From IMG/VR virus record IMGVR_UViG_3300031555_004309, positions 33,440 to 97,439 of that record: a stretch of 64,000 bases of DNA. One strand, given 5' to 3'. Source of the DNA: a virus (lineage: Duplodnaviria > Caudoviricetes). The first letter of the stretch is position 1, and each line of letters opens with the position of its first letter. Under the pieces are notes generated by a model. It did not search any database and was not told where the DNA came from. It saw only the letters and a program-made list of their open reading frames with translations. Shown one piece after another: positions 19,338 through 29,002 of the stretch. A program made the translations under genes and the position numbers.

Positions 19338-21052
19338 AGTTTACAGTACCACAAATTAAATATACAAACAAGTTTTTGGAGAATTTATTGGTAGAAAGAG
19401 GAGTTTTTGATTTAGAGAATTTCTTAATGCCAACAAAGTCTGCTTTACTTCCATATGGGGATTTAGATAATATTGCTGCCGCAATCCAACTTATTAAACG
19501 CCATCTTAATGATGATGTGTTGATTGTAGTTGACTGTGATGGAGATGGTTTTACTTCTGCAGCGGTAATGTGGCAGTATTTAAGAGATCTTAACCCAGAA
19601 ATTAATATGGAATATATTCTCCACACTGGAAAACAACACGGACTTGAAGATACTTGGGAACAGATTATTGAGAAAGAAAATATAAAATTAGTTATACTTC
19701 CCGATTCGAGTTCTAATGATGAAGAATATCACCAAAAACTTGCAGAAAGTGGAAAAGATATTCTTGTTCTTGACCACCACGAAGCACCGTCATATTCTCA
19801 GTATGCGTGCGTAGTAAATAATCAGTTGAGTGAGAATTATAAGAATAAAGCCCTTTCTGGTGTAGGTGTTGTATATAAATTTTGTCAGGCACTTGATGAA
19901 GAATATAATGTGAAATATGCGGATAAGTATCTTGACCTTGTTGCAGTTGGTGAAATCAGTGATATGATGCTGGTCACAACTCTTGAGAATAGATACATCT
20001 TTACACAAGGTTTAAAAAATGTTACCAACACAGGTATTAAAGAGCTTATTAAAAAACAAGAATACTCAATTGGCGACATCTCTCATTTAACTCCAACTCA
20101 TATTGCTTTCTATATTTCTCCTCTTATTAATGCAATTATTAGAGTAGGAAAACAAGAAGAAAAAGAAATCCTCTTCCAAGCACTCATAAATGGAGATAAG
20201 AGAGTTCCTTCTACCAAGAGAGGCGCGCAGGCTGGCACATATGAAAGTATTGCAGAACAAAATGCAAGAAATTGTGTTAATGCACGCTCTCGTCAGAATA
20301 GAGCAAAAGAGAAAGCACTTGACCTTCTTCAAATGACAATTTGTAAAGAAGGACTTGATGAGAATAAAGTTATTTTAGTTGAAGTCGAAGATAATGCAAT
20401 TGAAAGTACACTTACAGGTCTGTGTGCTATGCAATTGGTTTCAATATATAAGAAACCCGTTTTAGTTATGAAAGAGAATAGCGATGGATATTTAAGTGGT
20501 TCAGGTCGCGGCGCAGATAGATGCGCGCTGACCGACTTCAAACAGTTTCTCAATGATAGTGGATATTTTGATTTTGCAGAAGGACATGCGCAGGCTTTCG
20601 GTGCAAGTATCCATAAAAATAAAGTAGAAGACTTTATTAAGTACGCGAATGAAGAATTAAAAGATGTCGATTTTAATGAGGGTGTTTATAACTGTGATTT
20701 TTACTTTAAAGCAAATGATGGATTACTGACTGATGCAATTTTCTCTATCGGTTCACATCCTGAAATTTGGGGTAAAGGTAATGAAGAACCTTTATTTGTA
20801 GTTGATGAAGTAAAGTTGAGTTATAGTGACATTAATGTATGTGGAAAGAATTCTGATACAGTTCGCTTTAATGTAGGCGGAGTTACTTTCATTAAGTTTA
20901 ATGCTAAAGATTTCATTGAAGAATTGAAAGGTCATAATGAATTCACATTACAGATAGTAGGCCGCGCGCAGTTAAATGAGTGGGCGGGCAACGTAACTCC
21001 GCAAATTATGATAATGGATTATAACTTTAGAAACTCATTATTTGATTTTTAA
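19334..21052 (+). CDS. recJ: RecJ-like DHH exonuclease
   Basis: DCDGDG, HG, LDHH, GSGRG, GHAQAFG. Confidence 0.92.
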   Translation: MKFTVPQIKYTNKFLENLLVERGVFDLENFLMPTKSALLPYGDLDNIAAAIQLIKRHLNDDVLIVVDCDGDGFTSAAVMWQYLRDLNPEINMEYILHTGKQHGLEDTWEQIIEKENIKLVILPDSSSNDEEYHQKLAESGKDILVLDHHEAPSYSQYACVVNNQLSENYKNKALSGVGVVYKFCQALDEEYNVKYADKYLDLVAVGEISDMMLVTTLENRYIFTQGLKNVTNTGIKELIKKQEYSIGDISHLTPTHIAFYISPLINAIIRVGKQEEKEILFQALINGDKRVPSTKRGAQAGTYESIAEQNARNCVNARSRQNRAKEKALDLLQMTICKEGLDENKVILVEVEDNAIESTLTGLCAMQLVSIYKKPVLVMKENSDGYLSGSGRGADRCALTDFKQFLNDSGYFDFAEGHAQAFGASIHKNKVEDFIKYANEELKDVDFNEGVYNCDFYFKANDGLLTDAIFSIGSHPEIWGKGNEEPLFVVDEVKLSYSDINVCGKNSDTVRFNVGGVTFIKFNAKDFIEELKGHNEFTLQIVGRAQLNEWAGNVTPQIMIMDYNFRNSLFDF

Positions 21053-21064
21053 GGAGAGAAAATA

Positions 21065-21325
21065 ATGTGTACATTTGGCGTTTATATAGTATATGAGCAT
21101 ACAAATTATCAGCATTTTTATTATGGAAGACAAGATGTTGGCACTTTTTATGTAGAAACAAAATATTTTGATGATTTAAGAGAATTTATGAAATTTGCAA
21201 CAGATTTCAAAAAAGAAGTAATTGATGAAATAGTATTTTTTGATGAAGAAGAGGCTAATCAAGTTGCAGTAGAGCGTACATTGGAAAAACTAAAAAGGGT
21301 TCAATTAAAAAAGGAGGAAGAATAA
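21065..21325 (+). CDS. Hypothetical protein
   Basis: AGGAG RBS; translationally coupled to the next gene. Confidence 0.65.
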   Translation: MCTFGVYIVYEHTNYQHFYYGRQDVGTFYVETKYFDDLREFMKFATDFKKEVIDEIVFFDEEEANQVAVERTLEKLKRVQLKKEEE

Positions 21326-22026
21326 TGGAAACTAATATTGTATATAATTGTGATTGCATGGACGTAATGGCAAAAATGCCTGCAAAATCTATTCCTTTTA
21401 TTCTTACCGACATTCCTTATGATGAAGTTCAAAGGGAAACGAATGGTCTTTCTCAAATGAAGAGTTTAGATACTCTTGGTGCCGCGGATAAAGCGACTTT
21501 TAATACTCTTAAATTCTGTGAAGAAGTTTATAGAATTTGTGGTAATAGTCTTATTATATTCTGCGGACGCGAACAGTTCAGCGAAATATTTAAATTCTTT
21601 GCAAATAAGCCAGGTACTACTCGACCAATAGTATGGGAGAAAACTAACCCAGTACCTTCAAATGGACAGTATGTATATTTAAGTGGGGTAGAATTTGCAG
21701 TATGGTTTAAAAGAAAAGGTGCTAAAACTTTTAATGCAAGATGTAAGAATACTGTATTTAAGTACCCTATTCCTGGTGGTAAGAAAAGAATTCACCCAAC
21801 TCAAAAACATTGGGATTTATTTAAAGAACTTATTCTTGATAATACAAATGAAGGAGATATAGTTTTCGATCCTTGTGCGGGCGGACTAACAACTATGCTG
21901 GCAGCAGTAGAAACTAATCGTAAATTTATTTGTTGTGAAAAAGATTATGAGACTTTCAAAAAGTCTATTGATTGGTATAAAGCAAATACAGATATAGAAA
22001 TTATTACAGGAATGGAGGAAGTATAA
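21325..22026 (+). CDS. N4-C/N6-A DNA methyltransferase (beta class)
   Basis: TDIPY (variant of DPPY), IVWEK, HPTQK, DPCAGG SAM motif. Confidence 0.85.
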   Translation: METNIVYNCDCMDVMAKMPAKSIPFILTDIPYDEVQRETNGLSQMKSLDTLGAADKATFNTLKFCEEVYRICGNSLIIFCGREQFSEIFKFFANKPGTTRPIVWEKTNPVPSNGQYVYLSGVEFAVWFKRKGAKTFNARCKNTVFKYPIPGGKKRIHPTQKHWDLFKELILDNTNEGDIVFDPCAGGLTTMLAAVETNRKFICCEKDYETFKKSIDWYKANTDIEIITGMEEV

Positions 22027-22715
22027 TGGGGGAATATAGTAAAAAGGGTTCTTATGCAGGATATGATAAAGACCATTTAGATCGTGCTGACTTAGATTAT
22101 TATGCAACTCCACCTGAAGAGGTTGAGAATATATTAGAAAAAGAAGGATTGCGTTGGTTTACTGTTGAAGGAATAAACACTTCTTGCACTATATGGGAAC
22201 CTTGTTGCGGTGGTGGACACATGGCAAAAGGTATTATAGATTATCTTAATAAAAATCATATTTCTACTACTCATTTCTTTATGAGCGATTTAGTTGATAG
22301 AGGTGCGCAAGACTATATCGAATCTTTATATGAAAATTCGCAAATTCAGTATGATTATGGGATAGATTTACTTGATCCAGAAGAAGATTTTCCTATCACG
22401 GATTTTATTATAATGAATCCACCTTTCAAAGATATAGATAAATTTGTTAATGCAGTTTTTTCTTGCTTCAGTCATAAACTCATTATGCTTGCACGTCTTA
22501 AATTCATAGAAAGCAAGAAGAGATATGAAGAAATATTTTCTAAAAATCCACCAACTCGTATCTACCAGTATATAGACCGAATTGCTTGTTATAAAGATGG
22601 AGATTTTTCTATCAAACCAAATTCAATAGAAGCATATGCTTGGTTTGTATGGGATAAGGACGATCCAAGTAAAGATACAACTTTAAAGTGGATTTGGAGT
22701 AAGAAACATAAATAA
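22026..22715 (+). CDS. N6-adenine DNA methyltransferase
   Basis: YYATP, WEPCCGGG SAM motif, NPPF catalytic motif, YAWFVW. Confidence 0.85.
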   Translation: MGEYSKKGSYAGYDKDHLDRADLDYYATPPEEVENILEKEGLRWFTVEGINTSCTIWEPCCGGGHMAKGIIDYLNKNHISTTHFFMSDLVDRGAQDYIESLYENSQIQYDYGIDLLDPEEDFPITDFIIMNPPFKDIDKFVNAVFSCFSHKLIMLARLKFIESKKRYEEIFSKNPPTRIYQYIDRIACYKDGDFSIKPNSIEAYAWFVWDKDDPSKDTTLKWIWSKKHK

Positions 22716-23095
22716 AAGCAGACAGAAAAGAAGATAGACAGATAGATAGATAGGAGGAGATTTTTAATGTTAATGAAAATCCAAAGTAAAAATTATAATA
22801 CAATATCATATTATGAGGATATTGCTCTTATTAATATAAACCTGGATAGACACCCAATAAATTGTGACTGTGTAACTTGCCACATCGCAAATGAAAAATG
22901 GTCTGGTCCAAACTGCATCAATTGTTCAGAAGGTTGGGCTGTATATTTAATAGATATTCAACAGAAAGATGAATCTATTCGTACAATAGAGTGCGGACCT
23001 GGAGATGAAGTTTATTTATTGAATGATCGAGGTCAAACAATAGATAAAATCCGCGTTCCAATAGATTAAAAAAAATAAATCTTTCTGTCTGCTTT
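22715..23095. repeat. 14-bp perfect inverted repeats bracketing ORF 22767-23069
   Basis: AAAGCAGACAGAAA at 22715-22728 and TTTCTGTCTGCTTT at 23082-23095. Confidence 0.8.
22767..23069 (+). CDS. Hypothetical Cys-containing protein
   Basis: AGGAGG RBS; CDCVTC...CINC; C-terminal VYLLNDRGQTIDKI. Confidence 0.7.
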   Translation: MLMKIQSKNYNTISYYEDIALININLDRHPINCDCVTCHIANEKWSGPNCINCSEGWAVYLIDIQQKDESIRTIECGPGDEVYLLNDRGQTIDKIRVPID

Positions 23096-23100
23096 AATAT

Positions 23101-23150
23101 AAAAAGTCAAGAAAATAATTCTTGACTTTTTTTCTTTTTTGTGGTATAAT
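23101..23150 (+). promoter_or_regulatory. Terminator hairpin fused with the SigA promoter for dnaE
   Basis: AAAAAGTCAAGAA/TTCTTGACTTTTT stem; TTGACT(23122)-17-TATAAT(23145). Confidence 0.85.
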
Positions 23151-23184
23151 ATAATTATAAAGAAATAAAAGGAGGAGTAGAACC

Positions 23185-26100
23185 GTGTCTATCAAAGATT
23201 ATTCGCGCTTTGAATGTCATAGTCACTCTGAATATTCTAACATACGACTTCTTGACTGCATAAATCGACCAAAGGATTTATTGCGGACTGCCGCAGAATT
23301 AGGATATTCTGGACTCACAATTACAGACCACGAAGCATTATGCGGTCACGTCGACTTCATTAATGCAGAAAAAGAATTAAAAGAAAAAGAACTTATCCCA
23401 CAAGATTTCAAACTCGGTTTAGGTAATGAAATTTATCTTACCGATACAAGAGATAAGTCTCAAAAATATTATCACTTTATTCTTATAGCAAAAAATAACA
23501 TAGGTCACCGCGCATTAAGAGAATTAAGTTCTCAGGCTTGGTACAATTCATATTTCGACAGAGGTATGGAAAGAGTACCAACATTAAAATCTGAACTTGA
23601 AGTAATAGTTAAGAAATATCCTAACTCTCTTATTGCAAGTAGTGCGTGTTTAGGTGGAGAGTTGCCGAAATTAGTTTTTGACCTCATCACCGCAGAGAAA
23701 AAGAATAATGAAACAGAAATATACGAATGTAAGAAGGCAATCTTTGAATTTTTAAGTTGGTGTAAAAATTTATTTGGTGATGATTTTTCGATTGAGGTCG
23801 CGCCAAGTAAGAGTAAAGACCAAATCACCTTTAATAGTAGAGTAAAAGATATTGCAAAAGGTATGGGTATCTCAATGTTATTTGCGACAGACGCCCATTA
23901 TCTAACTGCAAAAGATAGATATGTTCATAAAGCATATCTTAACTCTAAAAATGGTGATAGAGAAGTAGACGACTTTTATCTCTATGCCCATTTAATGGAT
24001 AATGAAGAAGCATTTGAGAATTTGAAAGATTGCTTCAATGAAAATGAGTTTGCTACCATGTGCGCGCGGACCATAGAAATTATGGATAAAATTGAAGGGT
24101 ACGAACTCTTTCATCAACCTATCATTCCCACAAGACCAGTTAAAAATTATGCTGCGCGCGCCTTAATAGGAAATGAGTATCCGATACTTCATAAACTTTG
24201 CACAGAAGGCAATTCCCAAGAAAAGTATTGGGTAAATCAATGTATAGAAAATCTTAACCGTCTCCAACCTTGGCTTATCCCAACAGAAGAAGGAGAGCAA
24301 AAGACAAGAGAAGATTATCTTACAAGACTTGAAATTGAAGCCGATGTAATTAACACAATTGGAGAGAAATTAGGTAACTGCTTATTCGCTTACTTTAATA
24401 CTTTCCAACATTATATAGATTTATTTTGGGATTGCGGCAGTTTGAGTGGACCAGGTCGTGGTTCTTCAGTTTGTTTCTTGTCAAACTACTTGTTAGGTAT
24501 AACTCAGCTTGATCCTATTCGTTGGAACTTAATGTATTGGCGTTTCTTGAATAAAGAGAGAGTTGAACTCCCTGATATTGATACCGACCTCAGTCCTTCC
24601 AAGCGCAAACTTATCTTCAAAAAGATAAGAGAAGAAATAGGAGAAACAAATCTTCTTCAAGTTGCAACTTTCGGCACAGAAGGAACTCGTTCTGCAATCC
24701 AAACTGCGTGCCGAGGATATCGTTCTGACGAGTATCCTGAAGGCATCGACATTGATATTGCATTATATTTAAGTGGTCTTATTCCTCAAGAAAGAGGTTT
24801 CTTATGGCCGCTGTCTGATGTAGTAAATGGAAATGAAGAGAAAGATCGTAAACCTATCAAACAATTTATTGCAGAAGTAAATAAGTATCCTGGTCTTCTT
24901 GATATTATGGTATCAATTGAAGGATTAGTTAATAAAAGAGGTCAACACGCGTCAGGTGTTATCTTGTATAACTCAACTCCATTCGATACAAATGCGATTA
25001 TGAGAAGTCCAAACGGAGATTTGATAACACAATTCGCACTTCACGAATCAGAGGCATTAGGTGATGTTAAGTTCGACTTTCTTGTTACTGAAGTTTGTGA
25101 TAAGTTGACTAATGCAATTAATCTTCTCAAAGCAGACGGTTATTTCGAAGAAGAAACTTTGCGTGATATATATGAATCTCACTTCCACCCTTCAATAATA
25201 GACTTGAGCGATGAACGAATTTGGGATAGTCTTTTTGAAGGAAGCACAATCGACGTCTTCCAGTTTAACTCAGAAGTAGGTCTCCAAGCCGCGAAATCTA
25301 TTCATCCAACTAACCCCATTCAAATGACAATGGCAAATGCGTTAATGAGACTTATGGGTGAGAAAGGTAAAGAAAGACCTATTGAGAGATATATCCGTAT
25401 GAAGAATAATATGAAATTATGGTACGGAGAATGTCGAAGAAGAAATTTGTCTGATGAACAAATTAAGATTTTGGAAAAATATTATCTTCCTCGTGCAGGT
25501 ACGCCCGCACTTCAAGAAGATCTTATGCTTGTTTGTATGGATAAGGATATTGCACATTTTACATTATCAGAAGCAAATCAGGCTCGTAAAATAGTCGCAA
25601 AGAAACAAATGAGTAAAATCCCAGAACTTAAAGAAAAATTTATAACTCAATGTGGAGATGAGAATTTTGGAGAATATGTATGGGAAACTACTATGGGTCC
25701 GCAAATGGGTTACAGTTTTGCACTTCCTCATTCATTGGCCTATAGTTTTGTTGGAATCCAAACTCTCATTCTCGCAAATTGTTATCCGTCTATTTATTGG
25801 AATTGCGCATGCCTTATTACAAATAGTGGAGGCAATGAAGACGCTGAAGAAGAAGATGAAATTGTCGAGATAGTTCCGATAAATGAGATAGAGAATGATG
25901 ATGACGCAGAATATGAAGATTTGCCAGATAGAAGTGGAAAGAAGAAAAAAGTTCGTAACACAAACTATGGTAAGATTTCTACGGCAATAGGACAGATGCG
26001 GGCGGCCGGCATAATCGTTGCACCTCCCGACATTAATAAATCTTCATTTACTTTTGTGCCTGATGCCGAAAATAACACAATTATTTATGGTATTAAAGGT

Positions 26101-27153
26101 ATTACAAGAATAGGTGCAGAAGTAATTAATGATATAATGGCAAATCGTCCATTTACAGATATTTGGGACTTTTTGTCAAAAGTAAAAGTTAACAAACCTC
26201 AAATGGTGAACTTGATTAAGTCAGGCGCATTTGATTGTTTTGGAGATAGAATAGAAATTATGAGAGAGTATATTGATTCAATCTCTGATAAGAAACAAAG
26301 ACTCACTCTCCAGAATATGGCTATGCTGATAAAGTATGAATTGATCCCCGAAGATTATCAGTATTATGCAAAATTGTTTAATTTTAATAAATATCTGAAA
26401 GCACATAAAATTGGAACTGCATATGAGATAGATAGTGTTGCCGATCCATTCTATAGTCTTCACTTTGATAAAGATTTAACTTGGTGGGAAAATGGACAGC
26501 AATTAATCTCTCAATTAGAATGGGATAGGATTTATAAAAAAGAGATGGACGGAATGCGCGCGTACCTTAAAGAAAATAAGGATGCGGTCCTCGCGCAACT
26601 AAATGAGAAACTACTTAAAGAAACTTGGGATAAATATTGTCTTGGTTCAATCTCAAAGTGGGAAATGGACTCAATTGGGTTCTACTATCACGAACACGAA
26701 CTTGAAAAATTAGACAGTGCAGTATACAACATTGCAAACTTTAATAAACTCTCAACAGAACCTCAAGTAGAAAGAGTTATCACCATTAAAGATAAAGAAG
26801 TCCCAATCTATAAACTGTACCATATTGCAGGAACAGTTATCAATAAAGAGAAGAATAAAAATAGTATCTCCCTTCTTACAAAAGACGGAGTTGTAAATGT
26901 AAAAATTTATCAAGCTCAATTTGCAAAGTATGACCGACAGATAAGTGAAAAAGGTGCCGATGGCAAGAAACATGTCATTGAAAAATCTTGGTTTACTCGC
27001 GGCAATAAGTTACTTGTAATGGGAATGAGAAGAGACGATACATTCCAATTAAAGAAATATAAAAATACTTCAGGTGAAGTCATTCAATTAATAAAAGGAA
27101 TCGATGAAGATGGACTGCTCAGTCTCCAATCCAAACGATATGGTGAAGTGTAA
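23185..27153 (+). CDS. dnaE: DNA polymerase III alpha subunit (family C)
   Basis: PHP domain (HSHSEYS, TDH, DAHY); GPGRGS, PDIDTD, HASG, KFDFL; C-terminal OB fold. Confidence 0.95.
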   Translation: MSIKDYSRFECHSHSEYSNIRLLDCINRPKDLLRTAAELGYSGLTITDHEALCGHVDFINAEKELKEKELIPQDFKLGLGNEIYLTDTRDKSQKYYHFILIAKNNIGHRALRELSSQAWYNSYFDRGMERVPTLKSELEVIVKKYPNSLIASSACLGGELPKLVFDLITAEKKNNETEIYECKKAIFEFLSWCKNLFGDDFSIEVAPSKSKDQITFNSRVKDIAKGMGISMLFATDAHYLTAKDRYVHKAYLNSKNGDREVDDFYLYAHLMDNEEAFENLKDCFNENEFATMCARTIEIMDKIEGYELFHQPIIPTRPVKNYAARALIGNEYPILHKLCTEGNSQEKYWVNQCIENLNRLQPWLIPTEEGEQKTREDYLTRLEIEADVINTIGEKLGNCLFAYFNTFQHYIDLFWDCGSLSGPGRGSSVCFLSNYLLGITQLDPIRWNLMYWRFLNKERVELPDIDTDLSPSKRKLIFKKIREEIGETNLLQVATFGTEGTRSAIQTACRGYRSDEYPEGIDIDIALYLSGLIPQERGFLWPLSDVVNGNEEKDRKPIKQFIAEVNKYPGLLDIMVSIEGLVNKRGQHASGVILYNSTPFDTNAIMRSPNGDLITQFALHESEALGDVKFDFLVTEVCDKLTNAINLLKADGYFEEETLRDIYESHFHPSIIDLSDERIWDSLFEGSTIDVFQFNSEVGLQAAKSIHPTNPIQMTMANALMRLMGEKGKERPIERYIRMKNNMKLWYGECRRRNLSDEQIKILEKYYLPRAGTPALQEDLMLVCMDKDIAHFTLSEANQARKIVAKKQMSKIPELKEKFITQCGDENFGEYVWETTMGPQMGYSFALPHSLAYSFVGIQTLILANCYPSIYWNCACLITNSGGNEDAEEEDEIVEIVPINEIENDDDAEYEDLPDRSGKKKKVRNTNYGKISTAIGQMRAAGIIVAPPDINKSSFTFVPDAENNTIIYGIKGITRIGAEVINDIMANRPFTDIWDFLSKVKVNKPQMVNLIKSGAFDCFGDRIEIMREYIDSISDKKQRLTLQNMAMLIKYELIPEDYQYYAKLFNFNKYLKAHKIGTAYEIDSVADPFYSLHFDKDLTWWENGQQLISQLEWDRIYKKEMDGMRAYLKENKDAVLAQLNEKLLKETWDKYCLGSISKWEMDSIGFYYHEHELEKLDSAVYNIANFNKLSTEPQVERVITIKDKEVPIYKLYHIAGTVINKEKNKNSISLLTKDGVVNVKIYQAQFAKYDRQISEKGADGKKHVIEKSWFTRGNKLLVMGMRRDDTFQLKKYKNTSGEVIQLIKGIDEDGLLSLQSKRYGEV

Positions 27154-28130
27154 TGATAGGTTTATATGATTGCGATTTATTTGACGGAAAGACCTTCGTT
27201 CCAAACCCAGAAATTATGCTCCTTTCTTCTTATTTTAAGAAGAAAGGGGAGATAGTCCATCTTCTTCTCGATTTCAAAAATATTGACCTTTACCAAAAAG
27301 TATTCATTCGTAAAAATCGAAACGGTAAACAGATTACTGTTACTCCTGACATATACACAAGAGATAATGTAGATTTTGGAGGAATGTTTTTTACAAAAGG
27401 AATATACTCTCCAATTCCACAAGAAGTATTAGAATGCGCGCCCGACACTACAATTTACGAGAAATATATAAAAAGTAGAAAATGGGAAACAAAAGCAGAA
27501 CGAGAAGAACTCGGAAATGCGCGTGCAGAATTCATCTCAATTCATCAACGAAAAGTAACTGAGACTCATCAACGAAAAGTATTTATTATTGACCCCGATA
27601 TCACAGAATATGATTATGAATACTTGTGCAATATTCAAAAATTTACATCAAGCCAAGTATTCCACTTTTATTATCCTATAATAATGGATAGCGTCGCGGG
27701 TGCAATTAAGTTCTTAACTGCAGATTGGTTTCCAAGTCAACAGTATATCTATTTTAGAAAAGAACTCTCAGTAGAAGAAATGGAACAGGTCTCTCAATAT
27801 AGAAAAGGTAAAATTATTTTCTTCTCTTATTTAAATGATAAATATCGTTTTAAAACTCAAGAAGAAGAAGAAGAACTTATTATAGATTGTTTAGAGAAAA
27901 TATTGGAAACTCGAAAAAGAAAATTATTCTTTAATTTTCGTATTCATCCACGAACAAGAACAGGCTCTATTCCTCTTTTATCTACCGTAGAGAAATGGTG
28001 TAACCTTTATTCAAATAAAAGTTTTTACGAGTTTTGTGATTGGGATGATAAAATAAGATGTAGAAGAATAGTAGGACATTATCCTAATTCAAAAGATCTA
28101 TTCTTTTCAAATATATTTAATTATAAATAG
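27153..28130 (+). CDS. Hypothetical protein, degenerate radical-SAM-associated family
   Basis: N-terminus IGLYDCD...PNPEIMLLSSYFKKKGEIV resembles phage radical-SAM-family N-domains; no CxxxCxxC motif. Confidence 0.5.
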   Translation: MIGLYDCDLFDGKTFVPNPEIMLLSSYFKKKGEIVHLLLDFKNIDLYQKVFIRKNRNGKQITVTPDIYTRDNVDFGGMFFTKGIYSPIPQEVLECAPDTTIYEKYIKSRKWETKAEREELGNARAEFISIHQRKVTETHQRKVFIIDPDITEYDYEYLCNIQKFTSSQVFHFYYPIIMDSVAGAIKFLTADWFPSQQYIYFRKELSVEEMEQVSQYRKGKIIFFSYLNDKYRFKTQEEEEELIIDCLEKILETRKRKLFFNFRIHPRTRTGSIPLLSTVEKWCNLYSNKSFYEFCDWDDKIRCRRIVGHYPNSKDLFFSNIFNYK

Positions 28131-28137
28131 GAGGTGT

Positions 28138-28344
28138 TTGGTAATGACAGGGCCAGAGATTAAACGCGAAATTGAAAGAATCAACGAGTTAAATAAGAGC
28201 CTTATCACTCCCGACATTTGGACATTGAATCCAGATATTGCGAAGAATTTAGTAGAAATAGCCAAGTTGCGCGCCCAGTGTCCTCATGAATTTGAGAACG
28301 GAGAATGTAAATGGTGCTATTTAAAGGAGGAGAAAAATGATTAA
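28138..28344 (+). CDS. Small Zn-ribbon protein
   Basis: CPH...CKWC; GGAGG RBS. Confidence 0.65.
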   Translation: MVMTGPEIKREIERINELNKSLITPDIWTLNPDIAKNLVEIAKLRAQCPHEFENGECKWCYLKEEKND

Positions 28345-29002
28345 AGAAACAGAACAAGAATCAAAATGGACACTTGATACAGATATTAAAGCTCTCCTTC
28401 AAGCGTATCTTAATCAATCCTCAATTAAAGATTTTGAAAGTTTATCTGAATATGTTGATATTGTAAATAGGAATATCTATATTAGTGATATAGAAGAAGT
28501 AACTGGCGCCGGTGTCGACGCATTTATTCGTTTTTATAATATCGTTGATAAGCAACTCAATATCCCCGTAGAAGATAGAATTCCTATTAAAATCTTTATT
28601 AATTCAAGCGGCGGAGATCTTACTGCAACCTTTACAGTAATAGATGCAATACATATGAGTAAGACGCCAGTTTACACTATTAATCAAGGGCGCGCTTACT
28701 CAGGTGGCTACTTCATTTATATCTGCGGTCATAAAAGGTATAGTTTTTCCTCTGCTAATTTCCTTTTCCACGAAGGTTCTACTGTAATGAGTGGCGATGC
28801 ACATAAGTTCGAAAGTGCCGCGGACTATTACAAGAAAAAGAGAGAAAAATTAAGACAAATAGTGCTTGACCATACTAAAATATCTCCTGAACTCTATGAT
28901 GAAAAGAAAAAAGACGATTGGTGGTTCGATACAGAAGAAGCCGAAAGACTCGGAATGGTAGAAGTTATCGTTACACCTGAGAATTACGATGAAATTTTAT
29001 GA
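28337..29002 (+). CDS. clpP: ClpP-like serine protease
   Basis: IKIFINSSGGD, AYSGG (catalytic Ser), FLFHE (His), DWWFDTEEAERLGMV. Confidence 0.85.
   Translation: MIKETEQESKWTLDTDIKALLQAYLNQSSIKDFESLSEYVDIVNRNIYISDIEEVTGAGVDAFIRFYNIVDKQLNIPVEDRIPIKIFINSSGGDLTATFTVIDAIHMSKTPVYTINQGRAYSGGYFIYICGHKRYSFSSANFLFHEGSTVMSGDAHKFESAADYYKKKREKLRQIVLDHTKISPELYDEKKKDDWWFDTEEAERLGMVEVIVTPENYDEIL

Noticed and set aside
22536-22553. FSKNPP in the adenine MTase as a third copy of the tail motif
   Set aside because: It lacks YDG and the upstream GG/F-x-P, and matches the ordinary 'lF...PP..vy' segment of this MTase family.
22733-22752. GATA-like microsatellite as a phase-variation tract
   Set aside because: Only about five imperfect units, non-coding; recorded within the inverted-repeat finding instead.
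25830-25960. Possible intein or intron in dnaE
   Set aside because: Only a short acidic/basic linker; no intein splice motifs and the frame is continuous. None was evident in nrdD, gyrAB, the helicase or terL either.
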